Made by a program: the position numbers and the translations under genes
The notes under the pieces: generated by a model
Told to the model about the DNA's origin: nothing
Seen by the model: the letters and a program-made list of their open reading frames with translations, nothing else
The model's database searches: none
Shown: piece by piece, positions 57,136 through 64,000 of the stretch
How the letters are laid out: each line of letters begins with the position of its first letter
Numbering within the stretch: the first letter of the stretch is position 1
Assembly: GCA_964057225.1 (NCBI GenBank)
Contig: OZ059895.1
Location: 14,260,001 to 14,324,000, forward strand
Source: Auanema rhodensis
Taxonomy: Eukaryota; Animalia; Nematoda
Reading direction: 5' to 3'
DNA length: 64,000 nt

Positions 57136-60100
57136 TCTTTTTTCTCTCTCTCTTTCTCTCTCCTTTTTCCTCTTTTGCTGTTGCTGTTTCCTTTTCATAT
57201 TTCTTACCGCCACCACTACATGTTAAAGCTCTCACTTGCTTCCTCTTCTTCTCTTATTTTTTTTTATTTTGTTATGCTTTCAGCTTAATCTTGTATCCAA
57301 TTTTCCTGATTGAAACTCTCCTGAATCGTTGCACTTTATTCTCTTACCACCTATTTTATACGTAACTATCATTCATACTCTACATATTTGTCTCTTCTTG
57401 TCCCACATTTGTTTTGTCAGTTTCATATTATCGATTGGCATGCTGCTATTGCCCATGCTGCAGGCGCTGTAATGATTGTGTGCTGTTAGTTGTTGAGTTG
57501 GATGGCGTGGTTGACTGGCTGGTCCTTCAGCCTAGAACTGTTGTTTTATAGTTTTTGAGTTTACCACAAGGTTTAATGTCTAGGTAATCGCAGCGTTAAA
57601 CGCCTAGGTGGGAAGTTGATGATATGTGTCAATAGTCACTGTACTCTAATAATAGCCATATACTTATCGTATCATTTAATTTTATCAAACAAAATCTAAT
57701 TTTACCATATTTAGAGAAACAGCCGCATACTGTTTTTCTTACTGTTTGTAATCGTGAAGTGAAGCATATTTCCCAATGAATCCTCTCCCTCCCCTCTCTT
57801 TCTTTCTCTCTCTCTCTCTGTCTTTCTCTTCTTATGCTCAACTTTTCATTTACCCTCTGCAAAGTTCAGTATTTATCTAAACAGATGAGCATCTTTATTA
57901 ACATCTTCTTGATAGATATTTCTTGTTGGAAACAATTCTTCCTAGTTCCTAAATTCTGAATACGCATATACCACATATTTTATTTTACTATTATTTCGCA
58001 GTACCCTATCTATATCTGTCAACATTGCTTTTTTCCTTTTTTTTTGATTTTTTTTAAAAATGGAAATTTTTTTCGTATAAGTTGGTAAGCATATATTCAG
58101 TCTCGTATGTGGATTTATGTATACCGATGTGTGTGGCCCCTGGCAACAACAGCAGCTGAGTAAATTCAGTGGTCGCCCAAGCTAAGTCTCGTATTCGATT
58201 TAGCCTGCCCCTTTCTTCATCCCTGTTATCGCATGTCCCTCTATCCAGTAATCTTGTCTCGTCTTCCTTTTCTACATCTTCTTTTTCTTCGTCGTCTACT
58301 CTGTCGCCTTCTTGTTCGACTCTCCGTTTTCACATTCCTCTTGTTCTTCATCTCAATGTTATATATTTTCGATGTTGTCATTACCACCATCCATACTATA
58401 CAAGTTTTATTAATTCCACAAACCTAATTGCCCCGGTACATCAATTTGTTTTTCAAATTATTTAGCTTAATAAGGTTCATGTCTGCAATTCGATACTTCC
58501 TTCTCTTAATCTTTTGTTTCCAATGTCATTTTATCCTCTGTCTAGTTCTTTTACATGCTTTATCCTTATTTTGTAATCAAAAGTTGATATTCTTGAATCT
58601 TCGCCACTAGTCTTTTCTTCTATTTTTTATTCAATCGGAAGTCTTATAGCTTCTTCTTCATCGTTTTCTTCATTTTTAGCTTGCTCTGTCATTTCATGTC
58701 CTTCCGCCCACCCTTTCCCCTTTTCTCCGTTTCCCTTCTTTTCTCGTACTCTTTCTTCATCTATTCATTTCATTGACCGGTCTTATGACCATATTCTGGT
58801 TACTTTTCGATCGAATTCTTGTCAGAAGCGGTGGTTGACGACGCAGTTGTTTCGTTTCTTCACAAAATCTTTTGTATGTGTGTTTGTTCCCTCCTAAGTG
58901 TGTTCAAACTGTCGCATTTCTACCTTCAATATCTTGAACAGTCTCCTCCTCGACACAACTCAAGCATGCGTCTTTCCCGAACAGATTTTTTTCTTCCCCA
59001 AATATTCACATGTTCCCGACAACACGTTACTCTTCTTTCTATTAATCGATGATTCTTACATCATATTTTTCCTTAATCGGTTTCTACTCGAACCGTTTCC
59101 TTTGTTCTAATTTGAACTTGTACATCTTGATGTTTCTAAATGTTATTTTGTTCAAAACTCTCTTCTCATACTGCTTAGTCTGCTGCGTTTTTCGTTCATG
59201 TTGTCTTCTTCTAATTTCCAACACAGTCTCATTAAGTATTTATCATGTTTTTCGTAAACCAAAAAAATGTTTACTGATTGTCTCGCAATTAACAAAAGTT
59301 CTTCTGCTCGAATGCATTTATTCCTCTTGCTCCTCTTGCTATCATTTATCCGTCAACACAAGTTTATATTTGTACGTCTTGCTATTTATAATATATAAGA
59401 ATATATATATATATATATATATTCTTCTTTTTTTTTCGAGACTCACTCACGTTCTAAGAATTTTGTCTCCGTGTTGGTGGCTGGATTCATTTTATAATAG
59501 CCCTTATATCTATCATTCATTTTTCTTCAAAACTCCTTCACTCACTCGCTATTTAGCAGACACATAGAACGGTTGCTTTTATTTTCTCTTTTCATATACC
59601 TTCGACCTCTCTGTTGCTCTCGACCCTCTCGCAATCTCTATCTCTCTCTATTCCTCTTTCTCTCTCTTACTGCGTGTCTCTTGTTTTCATTGCATTGTTA
59701 TATCCAGGTATAGATATACTATGTATGTATGTTCCATTCATTTGGTGCTTTCGTTCACCCAGACTGCCCTCGTGTCATTCTCTTCTCATCCGCCACTCCA
59801 CACCTTAACAACTTGCTCCCAGTCTCTCTCTTGTTCTTTCATTTTCTCTTTCTCTGTCTTCTCTTACTCGATCTTTTTTCTCTAGTCTGTCAATTCCTCA
59901 TCACATCCCTCTATACCACAACATCAATTATTTCATACTTTTTGTTTACGTGTTTATGTTCCCGAACCAAATGTCCTGATAGACAGAGCTGGGGGCAACC
60001 TTTGTTGCCTGATGGGCAGCCATCGGTTTCATCTGGTGCAATTGCTTGAAGCTTATATTGGTTGCAAGAGTGGCATAGAAATACTTTCATGAGCTTGATC

Positions 60101-63100
60101 TTCTTAATCGCATTTCTTCACCATTTAATCACTCGCTCTTGTCTTTCTCATCATATTCGCTTATCTAATACCATATCTTACAACTAATATTGTATTAAAT
60201 TATTTGTTTCCAGACAACCTCATTGGTCTCGTCCTGCTCGTCCGACCGCAATGCTTTGTCCGGCGTCTCATCTACTACCAATCAGCTGATCATGCATAGG
60301 TAATTCTAGTTGAAATAAATATAAATCGATTTTGTTTCTCAGATACAAAGCAAAAAGCTCACAGCTTCAATCGCCTATTGCGTCGAAGCGTTCACAAGAG
60401 CATATGAGTCAGCCTAGCACAAGCAAGGATAACAGCAGTGGCGAAAATGGAGGTGTGTAGTTCATAACTATATTTATACATATGTATCAATGATATGAAT
60501 GCGTTTACTATATGAAATATCATTCATAATTCTATCAGCTTTAGAGCCATCCACGCCGAAGTCGGGACGAAAATGGAAAAAATCAAAAGCAGGGAAGCAG
60601 GGTAGCGGCAGTAGTAATAGTAGTATACAGCCGATGAGCAATGTGTTAGGTGTCCGTTTAGCTGACTGTGCTTTTGCTCCCGAAGAGGTAATCCAATGAA
60701 GTTATGAATCTCGAACATATTTTGAATTTCAGCACGTCCCATTGGTTGTCCAAATGTGTGTTACTGTTGTCGAAGCACATGGCATGGATACTGTTGGTAT
60801 CTATCGTATTCCTGGAAATACCGCAGCTGTGAATGCTCTGAAGGATACACTCAGTCAAGGAATCGACAATGTCAGCGTTGAGAATGTGTGCTTTTCGCTT
60901 ATTCTAATCAAAATCCTTCATTAAGTTCACTAAAATTATTTTTTCGCACTACAGTAACTCTTAAACTTGCTTGCTTATTTGTTTGCTTCATGTGAAACAC
61001 AATACCGGCCCGTAAATTTTCTTTTTTTTGTTGAGTTTTTCAACTATTTGATAACGCCTAGCACTCACCTAATTCAGCAAATTCATTATTTCAAACCAAT
61101 TTTTCTTATATATTCTTATTACAGATGGATTTCTCTGATCCAAGATGGCGGGATGTAAACGTTGTTTCGTCGTTATTGAAAATGTTCCTTCGAAAATTGC
61201 CGGAGCCACTGCTCACGGATAAGCTTTATCCATTCTTTATTGATGCCAACCGTATAACAAATCATCATAATCGATTACATAAACTAAGAAATTTACTTCG
61301 AAAGCTTCCTCGTCACCATTACTTCACCTTGCGTTACATCATTCGTCACTTAGCGTCAATAACCCAACATTCCGATGTGAATAAGGTTTGTGATTGGAGG
61401 CTGTCTTATATTTCTGAATCCGTTTTCTTGTTCAGATGGAAACTAGAAATTTGGCTTTGATGTTTGGACCATCAATAGTTCGTCCATCCGATGATAACAT
61501 GGCTACAATGGTAACTCATATGAGTGATCAATGCAAAATTATTGAAACCCTTGTCCATTATGTGAGTTTGAGACGCTTTTGAAAATTTTTAATTGTACAT
61601 ATCCTTTAGCACAACTGGATGTTCGATGATAATTCAACTGCTGAAGATGCCGTTCCTGATCCTCATCCATCGGAAACAAGTATGAGCATCTAATTTATAT
61701 GAGTTGGAATTAAATTATTTATCTTCAGCCTCCTCCTTACATGATCCTCCCCAATACGGTGTTGGATTGCCTTCAGCTGTTTCAGCTGCAACCTTTAATG
61801 ATATGCATAATCTTATTCGAAAAGCGAATGAAGATCAAGCTGCAGCACTGATGAGCGAGGGAAAAACTGGAAAGGTATGTGTTATTCTCTTTCAAATAAT
61901 TCTCATTTGAGCATTTAGATCAAGAATATACTCCGAAGAAATTCCCGAAGAGACAAATCAAAGGGAAAATTAAAAATTGAGTCTACAGCACCAGCTGCAA
62001 CTCATCCTCGATACTCCTCTTCCACTCAACAATCTAGTGTTGATAGTGCGTTTCTTGGAAGTTATCAGGTTTGTAAACATATTCTCTGCGCTGATGCCTT
62101 ATCTGGAATTTTTTTAGGAGCGTGATATTGACGCTGAAATCTTGTCTAGGCAGACTGTATCACCATTAGCTTCAACTGTTGATCAATCCCCATCTATGGA
62201 ATCTTCTCTGGGTTCAATTCCTGATACTAGTCGTACTGATCCTGGAATATCCTGTATTTCTGATGCGGAAGAACGTAAACGGCGCCAACAGGTACGAAGT
62301 TTCGCTGAGCCAGCTCGGATTTACATTGTTTTCCTCAGGATATGTATTCTGCTCGTCGCATTTTCATAGCTGGTCCAGAAGCCGAAGCTCTCGCAACTGC
62401 GAGTGATTCGAAAGCCATTGATGCCTTAGTTAATCATACACATCACTTAAACATTGCCAATAGTCCAGCTTTAGATGTAAGATATTTATCAGAAAATTAG
62501 TGGAATCTCATTCATATTTTCTAGGTTCTGTCTGAAGAGACCAGAGAAAAAATTCGTAAAATGCAGCGGAAACAAAATTTATTAGATAAGCCAAGGGAAG
62601 GACCTGTTGTTCTAGATAGTATGAAAGAATCTACAACCAAGGTAAATCCTTTTCAAATCTTCTCACCAACTTTCATTATGACTTTCTCGTCAGACAGTGA
62701 GCTCATCCACTATCAAGGACCAAATTGACTCCATGTCTTGTACATCAGACTACTCTACTACCAGCTCCGCTCCTTTAACGACACCCTTAGCTGTAACTTG
62801 CGGAGCTGATGCTCCAACATCGTCTGATTATGCCTCCAGGTAGCGTTTATATTCGGTTGTTCGGAAAATACTGTAGAGAATTCCCAATTTCATTATACAT
62901 ATATATATGGTGTATTATTTTTATTCTCAATTTTTCTTCAATACTTTATATTTCGTTTGAAAATATATTTGATTATATTTCTACTTATAAACTTAAAATT
63001 GATTTTTAACTCAATATTAGGTTTAAATTTTATTTCTTTGGACTATTAAATTTCGAATACGGTTTTTGGATTCTTCAAATTTGGCAGTAGTATAACTAGT

Positions 63101-63830
63101 ATAACTGATAATGAATATATGAATAATGAAGGCTTCGAAGTTGTAAACTCAAAGTGCCTAACGATTAAGCCAATAATAGCTGCCCGCCATCATGAAATTG
63201 TGATCAAAGATGATTTATAGACGATCTTCTTCTATAATATTGCTTTCAATATTAATAAAGTTTATGATTAAAGTAAACAGAAAATTTTGAAAAGTAAAGT
63301 TACGGCTGAAATCCAATTCTATTTTCCTAATAAAGTAATCTATATAGACAGTTGTAACTTGTAATCTTTTTTAGCGATCCCAGTCCATGTGCCCGCAACC
63401 TATCTACCTCACCCTATTCACGACCATCAGCTCTTGCTGTAATCAACAGTTCCGTGAATAACACACCGACATCAACAAATTCAATATCATCAAGCAACAA
63501 CACTACTACTACGACGACAGAATCACGATGCCAGCAGAAGATTCGTCTGCGAACTAAGTCTTCTGTAGCCAATCGTGACTCTTCTCGACGACATACTCTG
63601 TCTGATGTCGATCTTCTTAAGGTATTTCCCACACATAATCTATTTTGATCTAAGCTTAGATGTTGCAGGAAGGTCGTTTAGACAAGTTAGCTCGTTGGTT
63701 CGGATTACGAAAATCGTCGCCTGATGTCAGTCAAGATCCAGCCAGTGTCCCTCAGTTCATTTCACCTCCGGCTATCATTCGAACATCGCCTAATGAGCTG
63801 ACGCCGGTCAGTGGAGACGAATTGCTGTGA
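42236..63830 (+). CDS. pac-1: PH + RhoGAP protein, ARHGAP21/23-like
   Basis: PH-domain exons ([38 protein letters not shown]) and RhoGAP exons ([69 protein letters not shown]); ends GDELL*. Confidence 0.85.
47174..47201. repeat. (AT)n microsatellite
   Basis: Read directly from sequence. Confidence 0.9.
57086..57131. repeat. (CT)n microsatellite
   Basis: Read directly from sequence. Confidence 0.95.
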
Positions 63831-64000
63831 TGAATCTCTATCTGAGCATGATTTGGTTCAATCTCATGCGTAGCTTCCACATCAAACTGTTCATGGCATG
63901 TATTTTCGTTTTTGAAAATTCATGTAACTGTGGCACATGATGAGTTATTGCCGACGCTTCTTGCTCATGAGAAGAGGAACATCTTAAGTCATGCTACAAC

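Noticed and set aside
57481-58154. Helix TGCTGTT.GTTGTT : GGCAAC.AACAGCA
   Set aside because: It crosses the better supported 51290:57602 helix and competes with 51214:58148, so I treat it as chance or an alternative fold.
37500-60050. Numerous 60-170 aa Phe/Leu/Ser-rich ORFs in the ORF track
   Set aside because: They are by-products of T/C-rich intronic composition and microsatellites, with no splice-consistent connection or domain signature.

Overview
AT-rich nematode genomic DNA (probably Rhabditina), judged from perfect SL1 leader sequences, TTTCAG acceptors and many ~45-55 nt introns. About 14 intron-containing protein genes are supported: cul-2 (-), an orphan with a Gly/Asn-rich low-complexity tail (+), a Cys/His zinc-finger protein (-), a small orphan (+), ZCCHC8 (-), two TMEM177-like paralogs plus TMEM144 (+, probable operon), a serpentine chemoreceptor (+), a claudin-like gene (-), mdt-19 (+), a 73-aa microprotein (-), a cysteine-desulfurase/TtcA-like fusion (+) with a secreted FAR-like gene nested antisense in one intron, and a large PH-RhoGAP gene (pac-1/ARHGAP21-like, +). 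Three SL1 RNA genes sit at 27.8-28.7 kb with no 5S rRNA in view. The most striking unexplained signal is that most of the longer introns I inspected (about 0.2 to 9.6 kb, in at least four genes, on both strands) carry complementary blocks with G-U wobbles on the transcribed strand, mostly nested. This suggests a pre-mRNA folding system that shortens long introns. All pairings and exon boundaries were found by eye and need computational testing.
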